Positions 17,222 to 26,570 are shown, counted from the first letter of the stretch. The stretch is DNA of 57,747 nucleotides from Actinomycetota bacterium (GCA_016841065.1 JAENZW010000002.1:1-57747); one strand, 5' to 3'. Made by a program: numbers and translations. The notes: a model not told the origin generated them from the sequence alone.

Positions 17222-17895
17222 ATTATGCCTGCATAGGTGCCCACCCCGACGACGTGGAGATCGGTATGGGCGCGACGATCGCGGGGCTCGTCCGTCGGGG
17301 AAAGAGCGTCGCGATCATCGACCTCACCGACGGGGAGCCGACGCCTCACGGCACGCGGGAGACGCGCGCGAAGGAGTCGGCACGCGCAGCGGAGATCCTC
17401 GGTGCGCAGCGCCGTACACTATCGCTTCGGAACCGGTACCTCTTCGACACGGTGGAGGCCAGGACGGAACTCGCCGAGGTACTGCGCGAGCTGCGCCCCG
17501 CGACTCTGTTCATCCCGTTCGCCGAAGACGCCCATCCCGATCACATCGCGGCCCACGCGATCTGTGTGGCTGCGCGGTTCTACTCGAAGTTCACGAAGAC
17601 CGAGATGTCCGGTGAGCCGCACTATCCATCGCGCATCTACCAGTACATGGCCGTACACAGAAGGATCCTGAGAGAGCCGTCTTTCGTTGTCGATGTGACC
17701 TCAGACCTCGACAAGAAGCTCGAGGCTCTCTCTGCCTACGAGTCTCAGTTCTCGGCGAATCCGTCGAATGCCGGCATCGTTTCGATGATCGAGCAGTACG
17801 CGCGCATGTGGGGTGGCCTCATCAATACTGAGGCGGGCGAACCGTTCTACGGGCTCGAGCCGGTCGGCGTGCGCGCGGTAGAGGACCTGGTGTAG
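17215..17895 (+). CDS. PIG-L/LmbE family N-acetylglucosaminyl deacetylase (BshB/MshB-like)
   Basis: ACIGAHPDDVEIGMGATIA (PDD motif), EDAHPDHIAAH zinc-binding motif. ATG 17215 overlaps the upstream stop (ATGGTAG). Confidence 0.8.
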   Translation: MVDYACIGAHPDDVEIGMGATIAGLVRRGKSVAIIDLTDGEPTPHGTRETRAKESARAAEILGAQRRTLSLRNRYLFDTVEARTELAEVLRELRPATLFIPFAEDAHPDHIAAHAICVAARFYSKFTKTEMSGEPHYPSRIYQYMAVHRRILREPSFVVDVTSDLDKKLEALSAYESQFSANPSNAGIVSMIEQYARMWGGLINTEAGEPFYGLEPVGVRAVEDLV

Positions 17896-17900
17896 CCGAT

Positions 17901-19475
17901 ATGCTCCGCAGCAGACCCGGGTTGCCGCGCGGTCACGGAGAGATCCTTTCGGAACCGCCATTCGACGAGTGGGCACAGCTTGCCGAAGAGAATGCCTCGC
18001 ACGCGGCCGGATGGGACTTCACCGTCGGCGGCGTTCCCGTGTCTGTCGCTCGTGATGAGGCTAGAAGGGAGTTCGTCGCTGCTGCCGTCCACTACTCCGA
18101 GCGAATCGGTGTTCCGCTTACGCCGGTCTCGGAGGCTCCGGATCGGATCGCTCTGACCGGACACCAGCCACTGCTATATCACCCTGGCGTCTGGATCAAG
18201 GACTTCCTTCTGCAACGGTTCTGTGACGAGACGGGGGCTGTCGGCGTAGACCTCGTGGTCGACACCGATTCGTTCGATGCGATCTCGTTCACGGCGCCGT
18301 GTCTCAGTCCCGAGGTGAGGAAGTGCAGCATAAGCCTTGCCGCGGGCGGCAAGGACGTGTGCTTTGCGTGCGCACTTGTACCCTCTGCGGCTGAGATCGA
18401 GCGTTTCGCCGCATCGGGAGCGGATGCTCTGAGCGGACTTCCGACGCCGGCTCTCGGTCACCACTTCGACAACTTCTGCGAATCGCTCAGATCGTCGGCC
18501 GACGACACGGACAATCTGGGCGATCTGATGACTTTCGCCAGACGGCGATACGAGGCCGTCTCGGGCACCGACTACCTCGAGATCCCGGCGACACGAATGG
18601 GGCGCACGCAGTCCTTCCTGCGCTTTGTCGCTGAGATGGCTCTGCGTGCGCGGGAGTTTGCGGAGTGCTACAACCACGAGCTGCAGGCGTATCGGATCGC
18701 GGGCCGCATCCGTACGAGCGCACAGCCGTTTCCCGACCTGGCAGTTGGAGACGAATCGGTGGAGCTGCCGTTGTGGGTCATCGAGGCTGCAGGTAGGCGG
18801 ACCTTGAGTGTGAGTCGCGAGGGTGATGGACTGGCGTTCCACGCGGACGGCGAGAGGCTGTTCGACTCGGCTGCCGACCCTGCCGAAGTGATGCGCACGT
18901 TCGAGGGCCTGACTGCAACACTCGCGCCCAAAGCTCTGACCCTCACCCTCTACGTTCGCCTATTCATCGCCGATCTATTCATTCACGGAGTCGGTGGCGG
19001 GCGCTACGACCACGTCACGAACGGTGTCATGCGTGGTTTCTTCGGCGTACAGGCGCCCCGATACGCGGTTGCCTCGATGACCATGTATCTGCCGCTGGGC
19101 GCGCACATAGTCGGAGACGAGGAGATTGCGCAGGCGAAACAGGACTTGCATCGCGCGGAGCACAACCCGGATGCCTTGCTCGGCGAAGTCGAATTCGATA
19201 CTGAGGTGGAGTCGGCCAGGGCCACAGCCCTCGCGGAAGAAAAGGGGAAGCTCGTTCGTGAGATCGGGGAGCCGGGCGCGAACAAGAAGATGCTTGGGGA
19301 GCGCATACGCGCGATCAACGTCGAGCTCGCGGCAATCATGGCCCCGCTGGTCACCGAGTTTCGCGTGCGTCTCTCGTCACTCGAGAATCAGCAAGCGGCA
19401 ACAGCGATACTGACCGACCGTGAGTACCCGTACTGCCTCTGGAGCCCTGCGGAGATACAGGACAAGGCGCGCTAG
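17901..19475 (+). CDS. conserved hypothetical protein, 524 aa, possibly BshC-like (putative ligase fold with C-terminal coiled coil)
   Basis: No textbook motif. LTGHQPLLYHPGVWIKD, DLVVDTDSFDAISF and LFIHGVGGGRYDHV resemble, from my memory only, the order and spacing of BshC motifs. Size and the helical C-terminus also fit. Confidence 0.35.
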   Translation: MLRSRPGLPRGHGEILSEPPFDEWAQLAEENASHAAGWDFTVGGVPVSVARDEARREFVAAAVHYSERIGVPLTPVSEAPDRIALTGHQPLLYHPGVWIKDFLLQRFCDETGAVGVDLVVDTDSFDAISFTAPCLSPEVRKCSISLAAGGKDVCFACALVPSAAEIERFAASGADALSGLPTPALGHHFDNFCESLRSSADDTDNLGDLMTFARRRYEAVSGTDYLEIPATRMGRTQSFLRFVAEMALRAREFAECYNHELQAYRIAGRIRTSAQPFPDLAVGDESVELPLWVIEAAGRRTLSVSREGDGLAFHADGERLFDSAADPAEVMRTFEGLTATLAPKALTLTLYVRLFIADLFIHGVGGGRYDHVTNGVMRGFFGVQAPRYAVASMTMYLPLGAHIVGDEEIAQAKQDLHRAEHNPDALLGEVEFDTEVESARATALAEEKGKLVREIGEPGANKKMLGERIRAINVELAAIMAPLVTEFRVRLSSLENQQAATAILTDREYPYCLWSPAEIQDKAR

Positions 19476-19549
19476 CGTTCTCCGTGTTATCATGTGCGCC
19501 ACGCTGTCAGGGCGGACGAGTGTCCGCGGGCTGTTGAAAGGATCGTGAG

Positions 19550-19726
19550 ATGTCCATTCCTGTTGTTGACGCGAATCTGTGTACGGCCTGTGGCATCTGC
19601 GTGGACGAGTGCCCGCAGGCCTGCTACGACCTAGAGGATGTCGCCGCACTGAATCGTCCGGAGGACTGCACGGAGTGCGGCATCTGCGTCGATTCCTGTC
19701 CCAACGAATCAATCACGATGGACTAG
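19550..19726 (+). CDS. 2x[4Fe-4S] ferredoxin, 58 aa (absent from the ORF track, below its length cut-off)
   Basis: Translated by hand: MSIPVVDANLCTACGICVDECPQACYDLEDVAALNRPEDCTECGICVDSCPNESITMD. Two CxxCxxCxxxCP motifs. AAAGGA lies upstream of the ATG. Confidence 0.8.
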   Translation: MSIPVVDANLCTACGICVDECPQACYDLEDVAALNRPEDCTECGICVDSCPNESITMD

Positions 19727-19747
19727 GCGTTCATCCAAGTTCTGTGT

Positions 19748-19780
19748 GCGAAGCCGAGTTGATCGATGACTCGGCTTCGC
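19748..19780. terminator. strong hairpin between convergent genes (putative bidirectional terminator)
   Basis: GCGAAGCCGAGT-N9-ACTCGGCTTCGC, perfect 12-bp stem. No clear U-tract on either strand. Confidence 0.5.
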
Positions 19781-19829
19781 TGCGTCGATGGGGGAAATCC
19801 GCTGAGCTGGCACGCGCCTCCGGGACCGA

Positions 19830-20588
19830 CTATCCGCGCGGCCCCATCCGGTCCTCCACATACATACGGGGCTCACGGCCGCGTATCAGACCCACGAAGC
19901 GGTGATGGTGACGGGCGTAGACGACGATTGCGAGAATCGTCACGAAGAGGGTGTCTCGCTGATGAGCGGCGACGGCGTATATCGGTAGCGCGACCACGGC
20001 GGCGACCTGTCCAGCCATCATGTAGCGCGTGAAGGCGATCGTGAGTAGGCCCACGACCATCGCGACGACGAAGTAGCGCCAGTTGTAGGCGAGAAGCGCG
20101 CCGCCTCCGGTCGCGAGACCCTTTCCTCCGATCACCCGACGCTTGGCCAGACTCAGCCACAGGGAGTAGTTGTGGCCCAAGACGCATCCGACAACGACAG
20201 TCGCGGGACCGAAGACCGCGACGCCCACCAGGGGTGTAAGTGTCGGATTCGTCATCCAGACGAAGCCATCGACCAAGCTGCGCTCGATGAAGATGGGCGG
20301 CACGATGACGACTGCGAGCGTGGGGACGAAACCTTTGAAGGCGTCCGCGAGCATCGCCATTGAGAACCAGAACCACGATCCGGTCGTTCGACGGACGTTC
20401 ATTGCGCCGACGTTTCCCGTGCCGTGCTCGGTGATGTCTTCGCCGCTCACTGCCCGGGCGATGATGTACGAGAATGGCACCGAGCCGATGAGATATGCCG
20501 CAACGAAGAGCACACAGCATGGCCAGAGCATGCGAAGGACCTCAACGGGACCCAGCCGCGCGAAGGCTTCTATCAGCGTTGCGTGCAT
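19830..20588 (-). CDS. plsY: glycerol-3-phosphate acyltransferase PlsY
   Basis: YLIGSVPFSYIIAR...HGTGNVGAMNVRR motifs and multiple TM helices. Start set at ATG 20586-20588, which overlaps the upstream stop (ATGA). Confidence 0.8.
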   Translation of the reverse strand: MHATLIEAFARLGPVEVLRMLWPCCVLFVAAYLIGSVPFSYIIARAVSGEDITEHGTGNVGAMNVRRTTGSWFWFSMAMLADAFKGFVPTLAVVIVPPIFIERSLVDGFVWMTNPTLTPLVGVAVFGPATVVVGCVLGHNYSLWLSLAKRRVIGGKGLATGGGALLAYNWRYFVVAMVVGLLTIAFTRYMMAGQVAAVVALPIYAVAAHQRDTLFVTILAIVVYARHHHRFVGLIRGREPRMYVEDRMGPRG

Positions 20589-21496
20589 CAGTCGTTCTCC
20601 GGGACGATGACATCGATGGCGCTGGGGAGTATCCGGATATCGTAGTGAGAGTCGAGCATCACTTCGCCGTCTATCTGACCTTCGATCGGACGCTCCGACC
20701 ATAGCCGAATCCTCGAGTGCCGCGACATATGCACGGGTCGCATGTTCTCGTGTCTACCGAGGATTACTGCCGGAAGGCGCCACAGCGCCTCGAAGAGGCC
20801 GATGGAGTCCATCACGCAGACGTCGAGGAGGCCATCGTCACCAATGGCATGCGGTGTGATGAAGAATCCGCCTCCGTAGGTCGGCCCGTTGGTCACGGCA
20901 ATCAAGAGCATGTCGTAGTCGAAAGGTTTCTCGTCGTCGAACTGCATGCGTACGGGATGTGAATAGAACTGCTTGAAGAGAACGTAGAACAGCGCGCGGA
21001 GATAGAGCGGCAATCCGGACCAACCTGTCCGGACCTTCAGTTCAACCGCCTTCGCGGTGACGCGAGCGTCCAAGCCGATGGCCATCGAGTTTGCGAAGTA
21101 CGCTCCGTTCACCACGCCCACGTCGAACCGATGATGCACCCCGCGTCCGATCTGTCGGACAGCCGTTGGTAGATCGGTAGAGATACCGAGTGTGCGCCTG
21201 TAGTCGTTGCCCGATCCCGTCGGGAGCAGGGTCATCGAGGGCCGGTCTTCAGCCGGGCGCTCCATAAGACCGTTGAGGACCTCGTGAAGGGTCCCATCTC
21301 CGCCGACAGCGATTACTGTGTCGTAACCAGATGAATCGCGGGCGATCTCAAGTGCGTGCCTCGGCGCCTCGGACACGACGAGATCGTAGTCGCAGATGCC
21401 ATCGAGCAGCCTGCGTATCGCTGGCAGCATGCGGCCGGTGACGCCGTGCTTAGCCGCAGGGTTCGCGATCACGAGGCTCTTGCCGAGGGATGACAC
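20588..21496 (-). CDS. diacylglycerol/lipid kinase (YegS/BmrU/DagK family)
   Basis: LVIANPAAKHG..., VIAVGGDGTLHEVLNGL, LPTGSGNDY motifs. Confidence 0.8.
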   Translation of the reverse strand: MSSLGKSLVIANPAAKHGVTGRMLPAIRRLLDGICDYDLVVSEAPRHALEIARDSSGYDTVIAVGGDGTLHEVLNGLMERPAEDRPSMTLLPTGSGNDYRRTLGISTDLPTAVRQIGRGVHHRFDVGVVNGAYFANSMAIGLDARVTAKAVELKVRTGWSGLPLYLRALFYVLFKQFYSHPVRMQFDDEKPFDYDMLLIAVTNGPTYGGGFFITPHAIGDDGLLDVCVMDSIGLFEALWRLPAVILGRHENMRPVHMSRHSRIRLWSERPIEGQIDGEVMLDSHYDIRILPSAIDVIVPEND

Positions 21497-21556
21497 TGAT
21501 TCACCTCCGCGTTCACAGGTGGTATGAGCATAGCTGATTCACGTGCGGAGCGGCTC

Positions 21557-21585
21557 TTGGTAGGCCACTGTGTGTATGGTAGAGT
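21557..21585 (+). promoter_or_regulatory. putative sigma-70-type promoter for tRNA-Arg
   Basis: TTGGTA-17 nt-TAGAGT, about 20 nt upstream of the tRNA 5' end. Confidence 0.4.
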
Positions 21586-21605
21586 GCGCCTGTTGTCGCC
21601 AAGAT

Positions 21606-21681
21606 GCCCTCTTAGCTCAGTGGATAGAGCGTCTGCCTCCGGAGCAGAAGGTCGCAGGTTCGAATCCTGCAGAGGGCGCCA
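21606..21681 (+). tRNA. tRNA-Arg (anticodon CCG), CCA encoded
   Basis: Cloverleaf folded by hand: acceptor GCCCTCT/AGAGGGC, D arm GCTC..GAGC, anticodon stem TCTGC/GCAGA with loop CT-CCG-GA, T arm GCAGG-TTCGAAT-CCTGC. Confidence 0.9.
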
Positions 21682-21720
21682 TTTCATTCTCCGAAGCAGG
21701 CTTCATTCATTCGACAAGAA

Positions 21721-21749
21721 GAAGGCCAGCCCCAACAGGGCCGGCCTTC
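21721..21749. terminator. bidirectional terminator hairpin (tRNA-Arg / EF-G paralogue)
   Basis: GAAGGCCAGCCC-CAACA-GGGCCGGCCTTC (11 of 12 bp) with U-rich tails on both strands (UCGUUCUGU and UUCUUGU). Confidence 0.6.
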
Positions 21750-21781
21750 TCGTTCTGTGAAGCGCGTATGGTCTGAGAGTC

Positions 21782-23839
21782 CTATTCTTCCTTCGCCGCC
21801 TCGATGATCTTCTTGGCGATGTCTCCGGGAACCTCCTCGTAGCTGTCGATGGACAGCGTGTACGAGCCCGTTCCACTGGTGATCGATCGGAGATGCGGGG
21901 AGTAGTGGACGACCTCTGCGTACGGTGCCTGTGCCTTGATGACCTGCACACCGGGCTCTGGTGCGTCCATGCCCAGAACCCGACCCCGTATCGAGCTGAT
22001 ATCGCCCATGACCGCGCCCGCGTGCGCGTCGGGTACGGTGATCTCAAGGGTGGCGATGGGCTCGAGGAGGACGGCCCCTGCCTGCTCGGCGGCGGCCCGG
22101 AAGCCGATTCGTGCCGCAGTTCGGAACGCCATCTCGTTACTGTCCACTGCGTGCATTGAGCCGTCGAATACGGCGACCTTCACGTCGACGACGGGGTAGC
22201 CGGCAACAGCGCCTCCGGACATGGTCTCCTGAACTCCACGGTCGATGGCGACGATGAAGGGTTTGGAGATTCTGCCGCCGACGATCTCATCGACGAACTC
22301 ATATCCGCGACCGGGGTTGGGCTCGATCCTGAGCGAGCAATCGGCGAACTGACCCGACCCGCCGGTCTGCTTCTTGTGACGACCCTGGGCCTTCGCCGTC
22401 CTGCGGATGGTCTCCCGGTAGGGGATACGAAGCTCGGTGAGCTCCGCCTCGACATGGAAGCGGTCGTGCAGTCTCGACAGCACGACGTCGACAGCGGTAT
22501 CGCCGACAGCCGAGAGCACCGTCTGGTGCGTCTCCTCGTCGCGCGTTAGCACGAGTGTCGGTTCCTCGTCGACGATGCTCTTGAGTGCAGTACCGAGCTT
22601 GTCCTCGTCGGCTTTGGTCTTTGCGACGATGGCGACGGGATACGGGGGATTCGGGAAGGGAATCGGTGCGAGCTTGACCTTGCCCGAGGCGCTGAGCGTG
22701 TCACCGGTCAAGGTGTCCGAGAGTTTCGGGAGAACGACGATGTCTCCGGCCGAAACGGATTGGACGTCTGTGCTCTCCTTGCCGATGAGCTGGAAGACGT
22801 GGCCGACGCGTTCCTTCTTGCCGGTCCGCGAGTTCACGAGCTCAGTATTGGGCGTGAGTTCGCCCGAAATGATCTTCACGAAGTTCAGCCGGCCGATGTA
22901 GGGGTCGGACGTCGTCTTGAAGACCCACGCCACCAGTTCGCCGGAGGTAGACACTTCGATTTCGCCCCCGTCGTCGAGTGCCACGGGGCCATGGGCGGTG
23001 GGCTCGGGGAAGAAGGCAACGATTTCGTCGAGGAGATCCTCGACGCCCTGGAGCGCGATCGCAGAAGTCACGAACACCGGTACGAAGATGCCCTGGGCGA
23101 TAGCCTTGTCGAGGAGCGTCTCGAGCTCGTCCTGGGTGAGTGGCTCCCCGTCGAGGAGGTACTTCTCCATAAGCGCGTCGTCGGCTTCCGCGACCAGTTC
23201 AGTCAGCTTGTCTCGCGCTGACTCGGCCGCTGCGGCAAACTCATCGGGTATGGCTGTGATCTGCTCATTGTCACCCTCGTGGTGATACGCCTTCATTCGG
23301 ATGATGTCGATGACGCCCCGGAAGTCCGCTTCGCTTCCCATAGGCATCTGGACAGCCCCGACTCGGTGTCCGAACTTCGACTGGAGTGCCGATATGACTG
23401 CATCGAAGTTCGCGTGCTCCTTGTCGACGCGATTCACCACGATGGAGCGCGCAATCCCGATCTCGTCAGCCATCTTCCACAGACGTTCTGTCTGAACCTG
23501 GGGACCGGAGACGGCATCGACAACGAACAGAGCCATCTCTGCGGCTTCCATTCCTGCCGCGGCGTCGCCCAGGAAGTCGGCGTAGCCCGGAGTGTCGATG
23601 ATGTTGATCTGGTATCCCTTGTGGGGAACCGGAGCAATCGACAGGTTGATGGTCATCTGACGCTTCTGCTCTTCGGAATCGTAGTCGAGGTTGCTGTGAC
23701 CTTCGTCAACGCTGCCGAGGCGTTTCGTTGCGCCGGCCAGGAATAGCATCGCTTCCGCGAGAGAGGTCTTGCCCGCACCGCCGTGGCCGACCAGTACGAC
23801 GTTGCGGATCTTATCAGTGCTTAGGGCTCCCAAGTGCAT
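21782..23839 (-). CDS. elongation factor G paralogue (EF-G-like translational GTPase)
   Basis: 685 aa. G1 motif HGGAGKTSL, DTPGYADF, NRVD, followed by EF-G domains II-V. Confidence 0.85.
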   Translation of the reverse strand: MHLGALSTDKIRNVVLVGHGGAGKTSLAEAMLFLAGATKRLGSVDEGHSNLDYDSEEQKRQMTINLSIAPVPHKGYQINIIDTPGYADFLGDAAAGMEAAEMALFVVDAVSGPQVQTERLWKMADEIGIARSIVVNRVDKEHANFDAVISALQSKFGHRVGAVQMPMGSEADFRGVIDIIRMKAYHHEGDNEQITAIPDEFAAAAESARDKLTELVAEADDALMEKYLLDGEPLTQDELETLLDKAIAQGIFVPVFVTSAIALQGVEDLLDEIVAFFPEPTAHGPVALDDGGEIEVSTSGELVAWVFKTTSDPYIGRLNFVKIISGELTPNTELVNSRTGKKERVGHVFQLIGKESTDVQSVSAGDIVVLPKLSDTLTGDTLSASGKVKLAPIPFPNPPYPVAIVAKTKADEDKLGTALKSIVDEEPTLVLTRDEETHQTVLSAVGDTAVDVVLSRLHDRFHVEAELTELRIPYRETIRRTAKAQGRHKKQTGGSGQFADCSLRIEPNPGRGYEFVDEIVGGRISKPFIVAIDRGVQETMSGGAVAGYPVVDVKVAVFDGSMHAVDSNEMAFRTAARIGFRAAAEQAGAVLLEPIATLEITVPDAHAGAVMGDISSIRGRVLGMDAPEPGVQVIKAQAPYAEVVHYSPHLRSITSGTGSYTLSIDSYEEVPGDIAKKIIEAAKEE

Positions 23840-23920
23840 CTCCTCCTCGAATACTCAAGGCGGGCAACGTCCTACGGGGGTGCCCGCCGCGGCATGCGAC
23901 GTACCCCCGTAGCATACTCC

Positions 23921-23949
23921 TTATCACGTGCGAACCGCACTGGTAGAAT
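23921..23949 (+). promoter_or_regulatory. putative sigma-70-type promoter for the cyclophilin gene
   Basis: TTATCA-17 nt-TAGAAT with a TGG extension just upstream of the -10 box, about 65 nt before ATG 24016. Confidence 0.4.
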
Positions 23950-24015
23950 GACTCACGGTCCGGTGCAGTTCTGCACCGGAAGAAGACAACCGCTCACAGG
24001 AGGAACCGATCGCTC

Positions 24016-24738
24016 ATGCCCAACTCGCAGCACAGGATACTCACGACCATTCTTGCTGGCGCTCTCGCGATGTCGTTACTTGGCGTGGCCGGTTGTTCAA
24101 CAGGAGACGAGGCCTCAAAGGAGACCGACAACGTTTCGAAGGACACGCCGAAGGAGTCCTCCGAGCAGACCGTGACGATTCCAGGGGAGGAACCCTTGTA
24201 CACAGCGAGCTACAAGCCCAACGGTAGCGAGGTCGCCGTTCTCGAGACCTCGAAGGGCACGATTAGGATTGAGTTCTATTCGGATGTCGCTCCGAACCAT
24301 GTGGGAGCGTTCATCGAACTTTCGCAGGCGGGATTCTACAACGGAGTCAAGTTCCACCGGGTCGTTCCGGGATTCGTTGTCCAGGGCGGTGACCCACAGA
24401 CCAAGGGGTTCACCGGCACCGAAGTGGCCGAGATAGTGCAGAGGCAATCGGTGGGCCAGTACGAGCCCGGCGAACCCGCCCTCGGGACCGGGGGTCCCGA
24501 ATACCGCTTGGCGCAGGAGTTCAACGAGCGTCAGCATCTCGAAGGTACGCTTGCGATGGCAAGGTCGACCGATCCCGACTCTGGAGGATCGCAGTTCTAC
24601 ATCTGTCTGGCTCCGCAACCGAAACTCGATGGCGACTACACTGTCTTCGGCCAGGTGATCGACGGCATGGACGTTGTGAAGAAGCTTGCAGTTGGCGACG
24701 AGATCGTGTCACTGAAGATCGAGAACTCTACACCGTAG
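24016..24738 (+). CDS. cyclophilin-type peptidyl-prolyl isomerase, lipoprotein
   Basis: Signal peptide with lipobox LLGVAGC. FHRVVPGFVVQGGDP, LAMARS..PDSGGSQFYI and YTVFGQV motifs. Confidence 0.85.
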   Translation: MPNSQHRILTTILAGALAMSLLGVAGCSTGDEASKETDNVSKDTPKESSEQTVTIPGEEPLYTASYKPNGSEVAVLETSKGTIRIEFYSDVAPNHVGAFIELSQAGFYNGVKFHRVVPGFVVQGGDPQTKGFTGTEVAEIVQRQSVGQYEPGEPALGTGGPEYRLAQEFNERQHLEGTLAMARSTDPDSGGSQFYICLAPQPKLDGDYTVFGQVIDGMDVVKKLAVGDEIVSLKIENSTP

Positions 24739-24755
24739 AGGTCCTCGGAGGTAGC

Positions 24756-26126
24756 GTGGACGACGCCCGATACCAGGAAGCGAAGCAAGCCTACGACGCG
24801 GGGGACTATCGCACCGCGGCCAAAGGCTTCCTTGCGGCAGCCGTTGGCGGCCCGGAAGGGAATGGCTCTGCCTTCCACATGGCCGGGAACTCGCTCATGC
24901 GACTTCGACGCTATTCCGATGCGGTGACTGTCTACCGGCACGCCCTCAAAGATGAGCTCTACGATCGCAGGGGGGCAGTGCGCTCGAACCTCGCGCAGGC
25001 TCTCGCCTCGCTCGGCGAGTACGCGGAGTCCGTGAAGGAATACAGAGCGGCGCTCGAGGAGCCAGACTACGCGACCCCGCACAAGGCGCTCCAGGGTATG
25101 GCGTCAGCGCTTCTGGAAATGGGCCGGTATGACGAGGCCGCGGCGAGCTACAGGCAGGCCGCCCTCGACGGCGGCAACCCCGACCCAGGGAGGGCGCTGA
25201 ACAACCTCGGTCTCTGCTTCATGGCCCTGCAGCGACCCGCCGACGCGGTCGAGGCGTACAAGGCAGCTCTCGGCTTCGACGCGTATTCGGGAAAGGGGCG
25301 AGCGCTCGTCAATCTGGGCATCGCATTCAACGCGCTCGGACAGTATGGCGAGTCGATCAAGGCATTCGAGAAGGCGACTCAACTCCATGGGCACACGCTT
25401 TCTCCGCAGGCGATTGCGGCCTTCAACAAGAGTCGCGATGCCGTCATTCCGAAACACGAGACGGTCGAAGGGTGGAGCACCGGGGAGATACCGCCGATCG
25501 TGGTCGACTCACCCGAGGGGTCGGACGGGTGGAATACCGGCGAGCTCCGGGCTTTGTCCGATATTGCCGACGAATCGCCGATCGAGTCGGTGGTCACTTC
25601 GGCTGTTCCCGTTGTCGAGTTCGGTGATGACGAAGCGGTGTCGTCGTTCTTCAGCATGACCGAAGAGGAGATGCGAGATCGAGATCGGGTTGCCCGCCGG
25701 GCCGAGCGTGAAGCACGAAGCGAGCACCACAACCCGTGGATTGCCGTGGCCATCGGCGTCCTTGTCGTTGCCGTGGTGTTGGGCGGGCTAGTGGGACTCT
25801 ACGCACTCGGGTACGGTTACCCCACACAGTCCATGACCGTCGAGGGGATGCTCGGCGCGCGGGCCGAGGGCGCCGAGGTGGAGCAGTACTGGGTGGGGAG
25901 CGTCTCTTCGGCAGACGTGGAAAAGGAGATGAGCAAACTCCCCCCGGCGAAGGACTACGAGGTTCAGTCCGTGCAGAAGGGCAGGAGCCGGTCCACTGTG
26001 ACAGCGGCCGTCACTCCGCAGGACGCCTCGCCACTGATCCTTACTATCACGCTTGGGCGTGAGGGTGTCGGCTGGAAGATTACTGGCGTCGAGATCGTAT
26101 TCAATGACAAGAGTGGTGGCATCTGA
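24756..26126 (+). CDS. TPR-repeat membrane protein (N-terminal TPRs, acidic linker, one TM helix, about 110 aa C-terminal domain)
   Basis: Repeated A..Y..AL TPR-like units. TM segment WIAVAIGVLVVAVVLGGLVGLYALGY. No catalytic motif recognised. Confidence 0.55.
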   Translation: MDDARYQEAKQAYDAGDYRTAAKGFLAAAVGGPEGNGSAFHMAGNSLMRLRRYSDAVTVYRHALKDELYDRRGAVRSNLAQALASLGEYAESVKEYRAALEEPDYATPHKALQGMASALLEMGRYDEAAASYRQAALDGGNPDPGRALNNLGLCFMALQRPADAVEAYKAALGFDAYSGKGRALVNLGIAFNALGQYGESIKAFEKATQLHGHTLSPQAIAAFNKSRDAVIPKHETVEGWSTGEIPPIVVDSPEGSDGWNTGELRALSDIADESPIESVVTSAVPVVEFGDDEAVSSFFSMTEEEMRDRDRVARRAEREARSEHHNPWIAVAIGVLVVAVVLGGLVGLYALGYGYPTQSMTVEGMLGARAEGAEVEQYWVGSVSSADVEKEMSKLPPAKDYEVQSVQKGRSRSTVTAAVTPQDASPLILTITLGREGVGWKITGVEIVFNDKSGGI

Positions 26127-26165
26127 CCTGGACGCCACGCGCACGTACCGGAAGAGAGGGAACGA

Positions 26166-26570
26166 GTGAGCCAGAAGACCTATGTGATGATCAAGCCCGA
26201 TGCCGTCGCCCGTGGTTTTGTCGGCCGCATCGTGCAGCGTTTCGAAGATACCGGTCTGATCATCGAGCGTTTGGAGTACGGCGTCGTCACACAGGACGAA
26301 GCCGCGCAGAACTACCGCGAGCATGAAGGCAAGCCCTTCTACGCGGGCCTCGTCGACTACATCACCTCCGGACCCGTGGTCAAGATGGTTCTGTCCGGGC
26401 CCGAGGCTGTCGCGGTATGTCGCAAGCTCATGGGAGCGACGAATCCACGCGACGCGGCACCTGGCACGATAAGAGGAGATTTCGGCCTCTCTGTCGAAGC
26501 CAATGTCGTGCACGGGTCGGATTCTCCGGAATCCGCCGAACGCGAGATCGCGATATTTTTCGGCGCGTAG
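26166..26570 (+). CDS. ndk: nucleoside-diphosphate kinase
   Basis: KTYVMIKPDAV.RG.VG.I..RFE, PFY..LV.Y..SGP, NVVHGSDS (active-site His) motifs. Confidence 0.9.
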   Translation: MSQKTYVMIKPDAVARGFVGRIVQRFEDTGLIIERLEYGVVTQDEAAQNYREHEGKPFYAGLVDYITSGPVVKMVLSGPEAVAVCRKLMGATNPRDAAPGTIRGDFGLSVEANVVHGSDSPESAEREIAIFFGA

